A DNA stretch of 62,193 bases, filler included, from Chiloscyllium plagiosum (taxonomy: Eukaryota), in assembly GCF_004010195.1 (NCBI RefSeq). It is 7 parts of one record of this genome, joined end to end, with 100 filler letters (N's around TTAATTAATTAA, not from the genome) between each part and the next. Parts side by side here need not be neighbours in the genome. Positions count along the whole stretch, not along the records: positions 1 to 20,606 come from NC_057710.1; 6 more parts are not named here. The stretch is one strand, 5' to 3'. The notes beneath the pieces are model-generated. The model did not search any database and was not told the DNA's origin. It saw only the letters and a list, made by a program, of their open reading frames with translations. Position numbers and translations under genes: made by a program. Shown piece by piece: positions 1-12,194 of this stretch (positions are counted from its first letter, which is position 1; every line of letters starts with the position of its first letter).

Positions 1-225
1 ACCTATCACCTCCATCCCCACCCCCATTCACCTATTGTACTCTATGCTACTTTCTCCCCACACCCACCCTCCTCTCATTTATCTCTGCCTCTATTCCTGA
101 TGAAGGACTTTTGCCCAAAACGTCGATTTTCCTGCTCCTCGGATGCTGCCGGAACTGCTGTGCTTTTCCAGCACCACTCTAATCTAGAATCTGGTTTCCA
201 GCGTCTGCAGTCATTGTTTTTACCT
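1..225 (+). mobile_element. Penelope-like element 3' end / pseudo-LTR with degenerate hammerhead motif
   Basis: C-rich tract, then CTGATGA-aggacttttgccc-AAAA-cgtc (97-124) and the recurrent gatgctgcc..ctgctgtgcttttccagcaccac tail. The same tail follows GIY-YIG ORF remnants elsewhere in the window. Confidence 0.8.
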
Positions 226-1105
226 GAACGGGGATGCTGACAGAGATAGGTGAATGAATGGTGAAAATCTGACAGATGGTGAATGTGGGAAAGTTTTAAT
301 ATATTCATTTCAGTGGTAAGAACAAAAAGAAAGCAACATTTAATGGAGAATGCCTGCAGAATTCTAAGATGCAGCATGACCTAGGTATTCCAGTGCCTAA
401 ATCACAAAATGTATGCGAGTAGACAAAGTAATTAATGGATAATTAAAGCTAATGGAATGCTATCCTATATATTAGAGAAATTGAACAAAAAAGCAAGGAT
501 AATATGCCTTGATTAAACAGAGCATTGCTAAATTCACATCTCAGTAAGGTATGATTAGTCTCGATAGCATGCAATTCAATACTTTTCACTTTACCTCCGT
601 ACATGTGACAATAGTAAATCAAATTACTTTTGATCTCCTTATTTAAGGAAGGCATTTGAAGGCAAGTCAGAGAATGTTTACTGAGGAGAAAAAGTTATTT
701 CCACTGAAGTTTGGTAGAGTTTTGGGATGACTTGATTGAAATATATAACATCCTGAATGGTTTTGTAGAAGTGTTTGTGGGAGAGATGTTTCCTCTTTTA
801 AATAGTCCAGAACTATGGGGAACTATTTAAAAATTAAGGATCATCATTTTAGGACATAATTGAAGGAGTTTTATTTTCTCTTAGGGAGTTCTGTGACTTT
901 GAAACACTGTACCTCAGAAGGTGAGGTCATTTAATATTTTTAAAGTGGAAGTTGATAGATTGCTGTTAGGTAAGGGACTCAATGGTTATTTATGCAGATA
1001 GAAATGTGGAATGTAAAATACAAACAAATCAACCATAATAATATTGAATGGTGGAGCGGGCTTAAGAGGTCAAAGGGCCCACTTCTGCTCTAATTTGTAT
1101 GCTTG
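226..1105 (+). mobile_element. Old CR1 LINE, RT C-terminus and 3' UTR, degraded
   Basis: Collinear with the 3' parts of the better-preserved CR1 copies in the window; many stops. Confidence 0.75.
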
Positions 1106-1272
1106 CATGAGATAGCAGAAATATAAAAGGCAATATTAATACCAGGTTAATTCCAACTTTTTTTTAAAAAGAGCATTAAAACCACATGGAGTAAGACATG
1201 AGGATGCAGGTTGACATTTGATTGCTGCAGTACTTTCATTTCTGGAACTTGCTGGATTATTGATTAATTTTC

Positions 1273-1440
1273 GAGAATCATAGACATGCAAAAGCATAAA
1301 GGAGGCCATTTGGCCCATCGTGCCTGTGCTGGCTCTCTGGAAAAGTAATTCACCTCGTGCTACTCCCTTGTCTTTTCGCTACAACTAACAGTATTTTAGA
1401 TAATAATCTAATTCTCCTTTGAATCTGCTTCCTCCTTGGA
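1273..1440 (-). mobile_element. CR1 3' end fragment
   Basis: aggaggccatttggcccatcgtgcctgtgctggc is the reverse-strand CR1 3' UTR motif seen in other copies. Confidence 0.6.
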
Positions 1441-1459
1441 GAAAGGTTGGGCATTGGCA

Positions 1460-3300
1460 TATTTATAATCGGCGTACAAGTTACTCTGCAGCACAGGGAC
1501 TTTAATGTGAGCCTTCACTTTAACTACAGCAACTTGTCCTTCCAGTTTGTAACATGCCCACACAGAAACTGATAACCAGAAACAAAGGACTCACGCACTC
1601 CTGTGTGGGCGTGGCTGATGCGATATTTACAGGTTCACCATCGAAGATCCTGAGAATACGTGTGGGACAAAGTTCCTGTTAAGAGTTTATGCTGCCCCCA
1701 GTGCAGGGCGCGGCCAGGCTGGTCTGGCAGGGGGCTTGCTTCATCCAGGCGGTCAGTCATGGTTTCTCAGAGTGACCAGTCTCACCGCTGATGTTACCAC
1801 ATTTATATATAAACTCAATCACCCAAATTGTGCCTTTTGTTTCTTGTTTCGATCTGCAAACGTCATTGCCAGATGGAAGTAGGTTATTGAAATTCAGAAA
1901 GCCACTTGTTTTGGGGAAGTGCATTGTATCATGCAGCACATATCTACGGCACGTAGCAACAGTGTTTTTTTTAATCTTTACAGCATTGGGTCCTGATTTG
2001 AGTTCTTTCCCATGTTATGCCGACTTAATAACTCCAGTTCATTTCGTTGCTCGAACTGCCTTTTCCAGATGGTAAGGTGTTTTACATAACCACATTCAAA
2101 ACTTAGCGAGGCTTTTCTTATGGGACGGGGAGGGCTTCTCCGCCCATTACATGTTTACACGTAGGCAGTGGATCTAAAACAATGTTTGGCAATTTCAACG
2201 CCTTTATTTTTTTTATTAATTAAATAATTGCTTTGATTATTTTACAATTGGCGCTTCCCAATTCACTGAGATTGCGATGGACTTCCGCGTTTGCGGGACT
2301 GGTTTGATTCCAACGCCATCGTGCAACGTTACAATTTGCTTCTAACTTATTTTGGAAAGGTGTATTGCCAATGTGTGGGACCCCCCTCCACCGCTCACCC
2401 ACGCTGCTTCTTGGGTGAGAGATAGCAGCTACAGGTCTTACAGTTTATGTGAACTGACTCGTGTTAGAGCTCGTACCAGCCTCAACTCCAGTATCCGGCA
2501 GGGTCACTGAGTTTAGAACTGTACATCCGCCACCTCCATAGAATATTCAAAAAATGCTTGTGTTTCGTCTTTGATCCGGCCAGTGATTGAATATACTCTC
2601 CTGTAAATACTAAAATGGTCTGGTAGTTGATCACAGTTTCTGAATCATGCAGGGCTCTTTAATAAAGTGTAGAGACTAATAATTTTTGATTTTAAGAATT
2701 TCGTTCTTAAATAATTGCCGTTATATTTAGCTTGTCGGTAAGTGACTATGGTCGTTAAAATACGTTAAAAAGCCAGGTATAATATTGCACTGTGTTTCCA
2801 CTGTATTGTTTTGCCATTCAGATTAATGAGATGTTGAGTGTTAGTAAATTGAAGGGTGCTGGTGGTGACACGTTGAAATCACCATGGCACAGATAATCGT
2901 TCATAAACAGCTTGCCCTGATCTGAACAGGGTTCTTATAATGTTTCCTTCATTGTTTACTTCGATTGAGATCAAAAGCCCCAGAAGGGGCACGTGATTGG
3001 ATGCGATCTATTCGTAACACTTTTCACACTCGTCCATTGACAATAATCTAGGCAGAGATTCTGAGACAGGACAGCTGTGTGTGTATACATACGCTACCTG
3101 TTGTAGCAACGAAATGTAACTGATATGGCTTCGTGCCCACAGGCGCGCAGAATGTTTCTGACATTGATTTTAAAAGCCCAAATAGGAATTAAATTCTGCT
3201 GCTTTTTTTTTGTATTGGTATGGCATTATTTTAAGTAATGAAGAGAGTGAATGATCTAAGGAAACTAAACCAACAGAACTTCTCAACGCCGTCAAATTTA
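1460..3300. promoter_or_regulatory. CpG-retaining, TE-free, promoter-like region
   Basis: Visibly more CpG than the flanks; no recognisable repeat. ETS-like ACTTCCG (2281), CACGTG next to ATTGG (~2990), splice-donor-like sites on both strands. Function is inferred. Confidence 0.4.
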
Positions 3301-3440
3301 GAGTTGATGATGGGCTAGACTCACCAAGGTGCAATTAAAAATAGAGGATAGAAGCAATTGTATATGCGTCATTCCACAGTACACAGAGCTCAACAATAAT
3401 CTGAAGTTGAAATGTTGCAGCTTTGTAGCTATCACAGCCC

Positions 3441-3516
3441 AGGAGCATCGCTCCCAAAGCTAGTGTGCTTCCAATTAAACCTATTGGACTATAACCTGGT
3501 GTGTGATTTTTAACTA
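3441..3516 (+). mobile_element. Truncated pseudo-LTR of second PLE family
   Basis: ccaattaaacctattggactataacctggtgtgtgatttttaact matches 36426-36474. Confidence 0.7.
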
Positions 3517-5109
3517 TGTAATTCCTAGGCGTTGCTGGTGAGGTCCAGGGAGTGGTGTTATGTAAAGCTGGTCTAGCCTTCACCTTTGCATAATTCCAAG
3601 CCAATGTAATGTTACAATTCATGTGAGAAGGTGGAAAGATAGAGTGGCTGTGACTTAACTAAGGACAAGTATCAGAAAGAGGAATGCAGCTGTGGTAGTT
3701 CAAAGAGCTCGGCCGTCTGGTGTGCTGTCGGATGATTGAGCAGCCTCCCTTCCATCTTACAGAAGATCTCGGGTCTGTGTCCTATACAAACTTCTGCAAA
3801 CCCAGATTGAGACCGTACAATATTTCCCATCGTCTATTGTGTTGGAAAAGGGTTTAGGCAAATAGTGAGGATAACTTGAATATCTCATTTAATTAAGCTG
3901 TTGAGTAACACAGTTATTTGAAGCCAAGAATACTGTGGACTGCTTACCATAACTGGAGAATAGTTTGCAGTGGTCATTGAGGTGCAATGGGGTTTCAAAA
4001 CGGTGGGTTAGATTTTTGTATTGAGAAAACACTAATAAGCATGTATAGAGGAAAAGATCTGTTATATTCCATTATAAATGATGGCAATATGCATAAATAA
4101 GCACTGATATTTCACTTTACTCATTAAGTATTTGATTGAAAACAATTGGGCCATTTTATCAAGTGTAAAACACAGGCATGGGAGTGTGAATTGCAACTGT
4201 TTTGCTCTTGCTAAAAGTTTCATTTTCATTAGAAAAAATATTTCAACTTGATTCTGATTGGTAATCATACACTTGATATCAGAATTATTGTGCTGGGTGT
4301 TCTTTTGATCTGTTGTTTGGTGGGATTAGAAAAGTCCAAAATAATTATTATAGAGATCAAAAGGAAGTATTAATATCTCTCAATATAGACATAGTTACAT
4401 AGAAAGTACATTTTAATGTATTCTTTGCAAAGCTCAGGGGATTTTATTGCCTGTACTATTTCCAAGTAAATGTGTAACTTATGACTTGCTGTGTGCATTT
4501 CTAACTAAAAGCCAGAAAAGTTCAGAAGGATGAGAAATATGTTGTGGATAGATCCAAGGTTCAAATTTGTACACTGTCATTAGCTTTGTTACATTGTTTT
4601 CAATGTTTCGCAAAAGTCACAAGTTAGTTCATTATTTTCAGAATGCACTATTTTGTTAAAGAACAGTGCGTCTTGGACAGTGAGTAAAGATGTACTTATT
4701 GAATGGGTAATTATTTTTCCAAAAACATATGTGCTTGACTTCAAGATAATGTGCAGATTTTTAAAAATCTACATGATAGAACCAATGGTGGAAAGTGCAA
4801 CATAAGTTTGATTGAATATATACCTATATCTCTTTATTATACGTTAGTTGTGCTGCTGCGCATTGTTAACATTTTGCCCTTATTTTAAATATTTTGATTT
4901 ACTGAGTCAGAATGAATACAGAAATGGTTAACTTATTGAAAATCCATCATCATGTTCACTGTTACCTGCTGACACCTACACCTACCTAAGTTGTTTCAGA
5001 GAGGGAGGACAACAGAGGCACATTTCTTTGCAGTTTTCTTTGCTGTTGGTGTGCACTGTTATCAAGGAGTCAATGTGCTCCTATTCGAGCTGTTAAATTT
5101 GGAAATCAA

Positions 5110-5412
5110 ATGTATAATTCTTGGCTCTGAGTCAGAAAGTTATGGACTCAAGTCCAACTTCAAGCTTGAACACAAAAATCTAGGCTAACACCCACGATAG
5201 TACAGTAGTGAAAGAATGTTGACAATGCCACTTGTTGGTTAAAATGTTAAACCAAGACCCCATCTGCCCTTTCGGGGTAGATATTAAAAGATCTATGACA
5301 CTAGTTTAGGGGAGAACAGGAAGTTATCTCCAGATTCTTGGACAATGTTTATCCTTAAATCAACATCACAAGAAGAAATCATCTGATCATTATCACATAG
5401 CATGGGATTTTA
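5110..5412 (+). mobile_element. Deu-domain SINE (SacSINE1/AmnSINE1-like), degraded
   Basis: gttaaaccaagaccccatctgccct...taaaagatctatgacacta...tttatccttaaatcaacatcac...atctgatcattatcacat resembles the Deu domain; degraded tRNA-like head. Recognised from memory. Confidence 0.7.
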
Positions 5413-6250
5413 TTAGAGCCATTTATTGTAGCTCTTTGAGAAAATAACAAGCAAGATAGGTAAATTGGACCTGTAGATGTTAAGTACTTAGATTTCTAAA
5501 AGGTATTTGATAAGATATCACATGAAAGCTAGACAAAATAAGTGCTCATGATGAAGGATGTATGAGTATGAGTGGAGGATTGTTTAATTATTTTGAAGCA
5601 GAGAGTAGTGGTAACTTATTATTTTTGGTTCAGCAAACAATAACCCGTGGAGTGCCACATGGCATCATTTACAACCTACAGCAATCACTTGGATGAAGGC
5701 AATGAATTTTTGTAGCTTCGTGGTAGCTAAATCTGTTGATGATACAAGGATAGTTAGGAAAGTATCAAGAGAATACCCATATCTCTGTGTGAATAGGCAT
5801 AGATTTAGTCAATGGAGTATAATGTCAGAAAATGCGAACTTTTCCACTTTGGCAGGAAGAATAGAAAGACAGTAATAAGGGAAGCAAAAGTAGTAGTAAA
5901 AAAACTCTCTAAATTACAGAGGGATATGGGTATCATGGTATAGGAAGTGCAAAATGTTAGTGTGCAGGCACAGCAAGTGATTAGAAAGGGAAATGGAATA
6001 TAGATTTTTAATGCAAGCGGAGTCGAGTTTAAAATTACGGAAGTGTTGTTATAGCTGTATAGAACCTTGGTGAGATGGTACCCGACTACAGTGCACAAAT
6101 TTGATCTCCGTACTTAAGAAACGATAAAATTGCATTTGGAACAGTTGAGAGAAGGCTTACTCAACCGATTCTAGGAATGTAGGACTTAACATAAAAGGAA
6201 AGTTTGAGCCTATATCCATTTGAGTTCAGAAGCGTGAGATGTGACTTTTC
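5413..6250 (+). mobile_element. Old CR1 LINE RT fragment
   Basis: Degenerate DFxKxFDK, GVP and 'AKSVDDTRI' (FADDTKI) motifs. Confidence 0.75.
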
Positions 6251-6381
6251 TTTTATTCATGCAGAGATGATAGGCATTCTGGATGGTACTTATTGCCCTT
6301 AGATAAATACCCTTGAGAAGGTGATGATGAAGTGGCCCCCTGAACTGCTGTAGTGCATTTGGTACAGACACATTCACAATA

Positions 6382-6520
6382 TTGGGTAAAAACAAGGTCT
6401 GCAAATGCAGGAAACCAGAGTCTAGATTAGAGTGGTGCTAGAAAAGCACAGCAGGTCAGGCAGCATTCGAGGAGCAGGAAAATTGACGTTTCGGGCAAAA
6501 GCCCTTCATCAGGAATCTAG
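6382..6520 (-). mobile_element. Solo PLE pseudo-LTR insertion with 12-bp TSD
   Basis: Flanked by acattcacaata at 6370-6381 and 6521-6532; body matches the pLTR at 95-225. Confidence 0.85.
6485..6512 (-). ncRNA. Minimal type I hammerhead ribozyme motif (PLE-type)
   Basis: Minus strand reads CUGAUGA-A-GGGC-UUUU-GCCC-GAAA-CGUC: core boxes, helix II, palindromic ACGU helix III and a GUC cleavage triplet. Confidence 0.75.
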
Positions 6521-7849
6521 ACATTCACAATAATGTTAGGGAGGGAATTCCAGGATTTTAACCCAGCAATAGTGAAGGAAAAATGACATGTTTCCAAACC
6601 AGGATGATGTGTGACCTAGAGGACAATATGCTAGTCTTAGTGTTATCAAGTATCTGCTTTTCTTAAATTTCAAAATATACTTAACTTTCAAACACAGTTC
6701 AGTTCTGTATAGTAGCATATCAAGGAAACAAACACGCATTAGAGTTTGACTTTATCCAAACAAACCAAAGGCATCTCTCACTTGACCCAGAATATATTTA
6801 CATACATTTGAGGCACTAGGATAATCTGATCACTGAACAAACCCCATTCTGCTGCTGTTACTTGTCTGCATGGTGGAAATCGCAAGTCTGAAAGGTGCTG
6901 TCATAGAAGACTTGGTGAATGTTGCAGTGCATCTTTTTGTTAGTACATACTGCTGCCATTGTGCATCAGTGCTGTGGGGAGTGACAGTTGAAGATGTTTT
7001 GTGAAGTGATAATGAAGCACTCTGCTCTGTCCTGAATGATGTTGAGCTTCTCAGATGTCATTAGAACTTGGCTCATCCAGGTACTAGCCATTCATGATGT
7101 ACATTGTCATATCCTTATCCAGCCAATTAGCAGAGCAGCTAATGCTGACTGACCACTGCAATCATTGAAATGAGCAGGCAATATAGAAAAATGGAAAACA
7201 GGAGCAAGAATAGGTCATTCAGCCCTTCGAGCCTGTTCCGCCATTCACTTTGATGATGGCTGATCATACAAGTTGTTGTAATGCTTTCTTTTCACTCAAT
7301 ACATTTGGTTATCTAGATATCATGATTTCCAGTTTAGAGGTATATTGAATTCACACACAGATCCTGAATGCCATGTAGAAGGCACAATATTTTTTCTCAA
7401 CTACAACAGTCAAGAATTTCACTGCAAAAGCACTAAAAACTCTACAAGCATTCATGTGCCAATATTCTCAAAATTCAGACCCTTGAGTTATCAAAAGTAG
7501 CCCCAGGAGTATTCCACTTCCAAATAACCTACTATCTGTTTTCCTATCAATGAACTGATACCTTTAGTCCTGTCTATCTCTACTACTTGTATTTTTGATG
7601 AATCATAGCTTTTGATAACTTTCCTGTATTTTACAGAGGAAGGAAAACAGGAAGTTTGGTTAATTGCTTAGTCTAAGGAGCATTTGATTCAATACTTGCA
7701 GTTTTATGTCCCCAGTTAAGCTGAATGCTATGTTTGAACCATTTGTGGGATAGTTCCAATAACTCAAAGATTCAACCACCTGCCTGTATGGATGGTAATC
7801 TACTCTTCTTTTTAGTCCCTGTATCCTGAAAAACTAGCACTGACCTTTC

Positions 7850-9097
7850 CATGATAACATGCAGGGATTAATAAAAAATAGTCAGCATGGCTTTGCGATG
7901 TGGAGGTCAAGTCTGACCAGCTTGTTCGAATTTTTTGAAGAGGTGACCACATGTGTAGATGAGGGCAATGACCTCTAATGCAGTCTACTTAAAATTCAGC
8001 AAAACCTTTGATAAGGTCCTCCATGGAAGACTGATAGCAAAAGTGAGAGCCGTGGTATCCAAGGAAGTCATGCTAATTGGATCCAGAATTAGCTGAGTGG
8101 CAGGAAGCAGAATGCGATGGTTGAAGAGGGTTTGTATGACTACTGGTTGCACAGGGATCAATGTTTAGCCCTTCCTGTTTGAGGTTTATATGAACAATTT
8201 ATACTTGAATGTGCGAGGGTTGATTAGTAAGATTTTTAATACGTATGTAAATTGGTGAGGTGCTAAATGGTGAGGAGGATTGCTTTAGATTATAGGAGGA
8301 TTTAGACGGGCTGGTCAGAATGGGTTGATTGGTGGTAAATGGAATTCAGTCCTGAAAAATGTGAGGAGATGCACTTGGGCAGGACAAGCAAGGCAAGGGA
8401 ATACATGATAAATGGCAGGACCCTAGAAAGCACTAAGGATCAGAGGCACCTTGATGTCCATGTCCACTTGTCCCTTAAGGTAGAGGGACAGGTAGGTAAA
8501 GTGATGAAGAAAGTATATGGGCTGCTTCCTTTATTAGCTGAGATATAGGGTTTAAGAACCAGCTGGCTATGCTGGAACTGTATAAAATGTTAGCTAAGCT
8601 CCAACCAGAGTGTTTTGTGTGGTTTGCAGTATTCAATATAGGAGGGATGTGGTTGCACTGGAGATGTGCAAAGGAGATTTACCAGGATATCGTCTGGCTT
8701 GGAGTGATTTACTTGTGAAAAGAGATTGAATAGATTGGGGTTGTTTCCCTGGGAGCTGAGGAGACAGTGGAGGTACATGATTGAGATGTACTGAAGTATG
8801 AGGGGCATAGACAAGGTAGACAGAAAGGAAATTTTTCACTTGACAGAGGGTTCAATATTCGGGCCCATAGATTTAAGGTAAGTGTTAGGAGGTGTAGAGG
8901 GGATAAGAGGGAAATTGTTTTCACCCAGACGGTTGTGGGGATCTCAAACTCACTGCCTGCAAAAGTAGTAGAGGCAGGAGCCTGCATAATATTTAAGAAG
9001 TATTTAGGTGTATACTTGTGATGCCAAGGCACACAAGGCTATGGGGCACGTGCAAGAAAATGGGATTAGAATAGTTAGATGGTTGTTTTTGACCAAT
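7850..9097 (+). mobile_element. CR1 LINE RT and 3' UTR, degraded
   Basis: SQHGF, FSKTFDKV and WQMEF-like (MEFSPEKCEEMHLGR) motifs. Confidence 0.85.
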
Positions 9098-9098
9098 G

Positions 9099-10207
9099 CT
9101 GAAAATGTGTTGCTGGAAAAGCGCAGCAGGTCAGACAGCATCCAAGGAGCAGGAGAATCGACGTTTCGGGCATAAGCCCTTCTTCAGGAATGAGGAAAGT
9201 GTGTCCAGCAGGCTAAGATAAAAGGTAGGGAAGAGGGACTTGAGGGAGGGGCATTGGAAATGCGATAGGTGGAAGGAGGTCAAGGTGAAGGTGATAGGCT
9301 GGAGTGGGGTGGGGGCGGAGAGGTCAGGAAGANNNNNNNNNNNNNNNNNNNNNNNNNNNNNNNNNNNNNNNNNNNNNNNNNNNNNNNNNNNNNNNNNNNN
9401 NNNNNNNNNNNNNNNNNNNNNNNNNNNNNNNNNNNNNNNNNNNNNNNNNNNNNNNNNNNNNNNNNNNNNNNNNNNNNNNNNNNNNNNNNNNNNNNNNNNN
9501 NNNNNNNNNNNNNNNNNNNNNNNNNNNNNNNNNNNNNNNNNNNNNNNNNNNNNNNNNNNNNNNNNNNNNNNNNNNNNNNNNNNNNNNNNNNNNNNNNNNN
9601 NNNNNNNNNNNNNNNNNNNNNNNNNNNNNNNNNNNNNNNNNNNNNNNNNNNNNNNNNNNNNNNNNNNNNNNNNNNNNNNNNNNNNNNNNNNNNNNNNNNN
9701 NNNNNNNNNNNNNNNNNNNNNNNNNNNNNNNNNNNNNNNNNNNNNNNNNNNNNNNNNNNNNNNNNNNNNNNNNNNNNNNNNNNNNNNNNNNNNNNNNNNN
9801 NNNNNNNNNNNNNNNNNNNNNNNNNNNNNNNNNNNNNNNNNNNNNNNNNNNNNNNNNNNNNNNNNNNNNNNNNNNNNNNNNNNNNNNNNNNNNNNNNNNN
9901 NNNNNNNNNNNNNNNNNNNNNNNNNNNNNNNNNNNNNNNNNNNNNNNNNNNNNNNNNNNNNNTGGAGGTTGGTGGGGTGGTAGGTGAGGACCAGTGGTGT
10001 TCTGTCCTGGTGGCGGTTGGAGGGGCGGGAAGTGGAAGAGATGCGGTGGAGGGCATCATCGACCACGTCTGGGAAGAAGCGGAGGGCTTTGAGTCCTTCG
10101 TGGCGACCGAATCAACACGGACATTTACTATAAACCGACCGACTCCCACAGCTATCTAGACTGGATGCTGTCTGACCTGCTGTGCTTTTCCAGCAACACA
10201 TTTTCAG
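9099..10207 (-). mobile_element. Deleted PLE with inverted 5' segment and inverted terminal pLTR pieces (spans a gap)
   Basis: 46-bp inverted termini (9099-9144 / 10162-10207). Minus strand encodes VVDDALHRISS..RTPLVLTYHPTNL; plus strand 10102-10161 encodes GDRINTDIYYKPTDSHSYLD (PLE RT). Confidence 0.8.
9160..9187 (-). ncRNA. Minimal hammerhead ribozyme motif (PLE-type)
   Basis: Minus strand CUGAAGA-A-GGGC-UUAU-GCCC-GAAA-CGUC. Confidence 0.75.
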
Positions 10208-10350
10208 AATAGACAATAGGTGCAGGAGTAGGCCATTCTGCCCTTCGAGCCAGCACCACCATTCATTATGATCATGGCTGATCATCCTCAATCAGTATCC
10301 TGTTCCTGCCTTATCCCCGTAACCCTTGATTCCACTATCCTTAAGAGATA
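10208..10350 (-). mobile_element. CR1 3' end, (CTATTGT)n tail subtype
   Basis: Near-identical reverse complement of 49170-49309. Confidence 0.85.
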
Positions 10351-10796
10351 TTCTATTTTTGTAGTGGGGTGTCATGGATGGGAATGAAGGTGTGAGGGTT
10401 CCAAAGCCAGCAGGTTAGAAGGATGGTTCTGTTTGCTGAGATTTTGCCTCAGTCCTGTATACAAATATGAGGCACCCTAGAACTCAGTCCTTAAACCATA
10501 TTCATCCCACTTAACTCCTCACACCTCTCCATACCTGATCCAATCACTGCCCTGTTTCATATTCTCTACAATACATTTCTATCATATACCAAATTCCCCT
10601 ATATAATCCACATCCCCATGCACCCCAATCACTCATGTCTAGTCACTTAATCTCTAGAAGAACATATATGTCCTGTAATAGCTTTGGAAGTCTTTGAGAT
10701 GTTCATCAGACTGTCAAAGAAAACAAACTGCCAATCAAAAAAGCACATCAAAGATCATAGGTTTCTTGGAAGCTCACCTCTAGTGAATACAGGCCT

Positions 10797-11012
10797 AGGA
10801 GAAAGTGAGGACTGCAGATGCTGGAGATAAGAGTCGAGAGTCTGGTGCTGGAAAAGCACAGCAGGTCAGGCAGCACCTATGGAGCAGGAGAATTGATGTT
10901 TTGGGCAATCCAACTCCTTCCTGATGAAAGGCTCATGCCTGAAATGTTGATTCTCCTGCTCCTCAGATGCTGCCTGACCTGCTGTGCTTTTCCAGCACCA
11001 CACTCTTGATTC
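10797..11012. mobile_element. Fold-back mini-PLE (two inverted pLTRs) with 13-bp TSD
   Basis: TSD tgaatacaggcct at 10784-10796 and 11013-11025; arms ~10835-10915 and ~10930-11010 are inverted; hammerhead core CTGATGA..GAAA at 10921-10944. Confidence 0.85.
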
Positions 11013-12194
11013 TGAATACAGGCCTGGTTGAACCAATCTCTCCTCATAATATAATGACATGCCTGAGAAGCCTCATGTAGATTCATTGCTGCCTGTTCTT
11101 CTTATTAGTGATAATCTAGACTACTGATGCCAAGTAGGGAAGGATGTTCACAACATCTTCAGCAGAAAATGAGCTCAATTTAGATGAGCTTGTTTATTGC
11201 AGAGTGACATGAAGGAGGATTTCACATGGTTTAGAATGGAGGTGGGTGTGAGGCTATCTTACTGTTAGAACAAGACAGTACAATTGCTCACAACTAAGTA
11301 AATAAATATTCTCTTTGCTGGCAGTTTTCTCTGTCTTTTGCCTAAAAGAGCCCTGTGTGAAATGAGTGTGGACAGTCTCAGTTCAATCCTTACTGGCTAT
11401 ACTGCAGAAAACTGGACATTTGAATTGATAATTTCACCAAATTAGCACCTGACTGCAAACAGTTACAGGAATGGAAAATGGAAATAAATAAAAATGTTGC
11501 ACCTTCTGAGGTTGTGGCTGAGGTATAGTGTTGGTGAATAATAATGTTAGCCTTTCTCTGTATGTTAAATTTAGTCACATAGTGCTTGTCCCTAACAATG
11601 GGAGCTCTTTGCTGCTCCAACACACGAACAAAGTGCATTGGGCAGAGTTTAAAAATGGTAGTTAAGCCCCCATTCTAGGATTCCTGTCCCAGTGGCATTG
11701 GTGCAGGAAAGGGCTGGGTTGGGAGTCCTCATGCTGCTGTCTTATTGGTGTTAGAACCATTGTGGAAGAGAACTTCTGAAAACTTGTGCAATTTTAGGAA
11801 ACCCAGTAGGAAAGTGTCATAAATTCTTGTGAATCACAGTTTGGATGTAGGAATAATATAATAAGTCATTCCAAACTGTTTTGGTTTTCTACTTTACACA
11901 TAATTATGAAATGCTGTAGTCTAAGTTGCATCTGCAATGAGTGATGATGCTGAGATTTGAAAAAGTGACCCTTAAATAATATAGGCCAGATGTCAAGGGA
12001 AGAACAACTTTGTAAAAGTGGAAATGTCTTTGGATACATTAGAGGAGATTATCCCTGGATAAAATGTGATTCTGGATATACAGGATAAAGGAGGGAGAAC
12101 TTCAACTAGAAAAAATAGGGCCATCAAAGTTTAGAATGCAAATAACTGAAACTATGTGTTATGGCTGAGATAGGAGGTGTGTCTTTCTCTAGTT

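Larger units (their letters stand above)
6258..7085 (-). mobile_element. Fragments of divergent CR1-group LINE (family B) 3' region, interrupted by later inserts
   Basis: Reverse complement similar to 17760-18240 (cccttgagaaggtgatg, gagggaattccagga, ctgctgccattgtgc). Confidence 0.6.

Noticed and set aside
1635..1760. Minus-strand 41-codon ORF with good Kozak context containing HWGQHKLL (resembles a VP39-type methyltransferase motif), ending in a TGA that is followed by an open frame to a splice donor
   Set aside because: Short motif match without surrounding similarity; no evidence for readthrough or selenocysteine.
9131..10159. Long 227-311 aa ORFs in the ORF track
   Set aside because: They read through a ~630-nt N gap.
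10797..11012. DNA-transposon MITE
   Set aside because: The arms are the PLE pLTR found after GIY-YIG ORFs; they are unequal in length and the long TSD fits retrotransposition.
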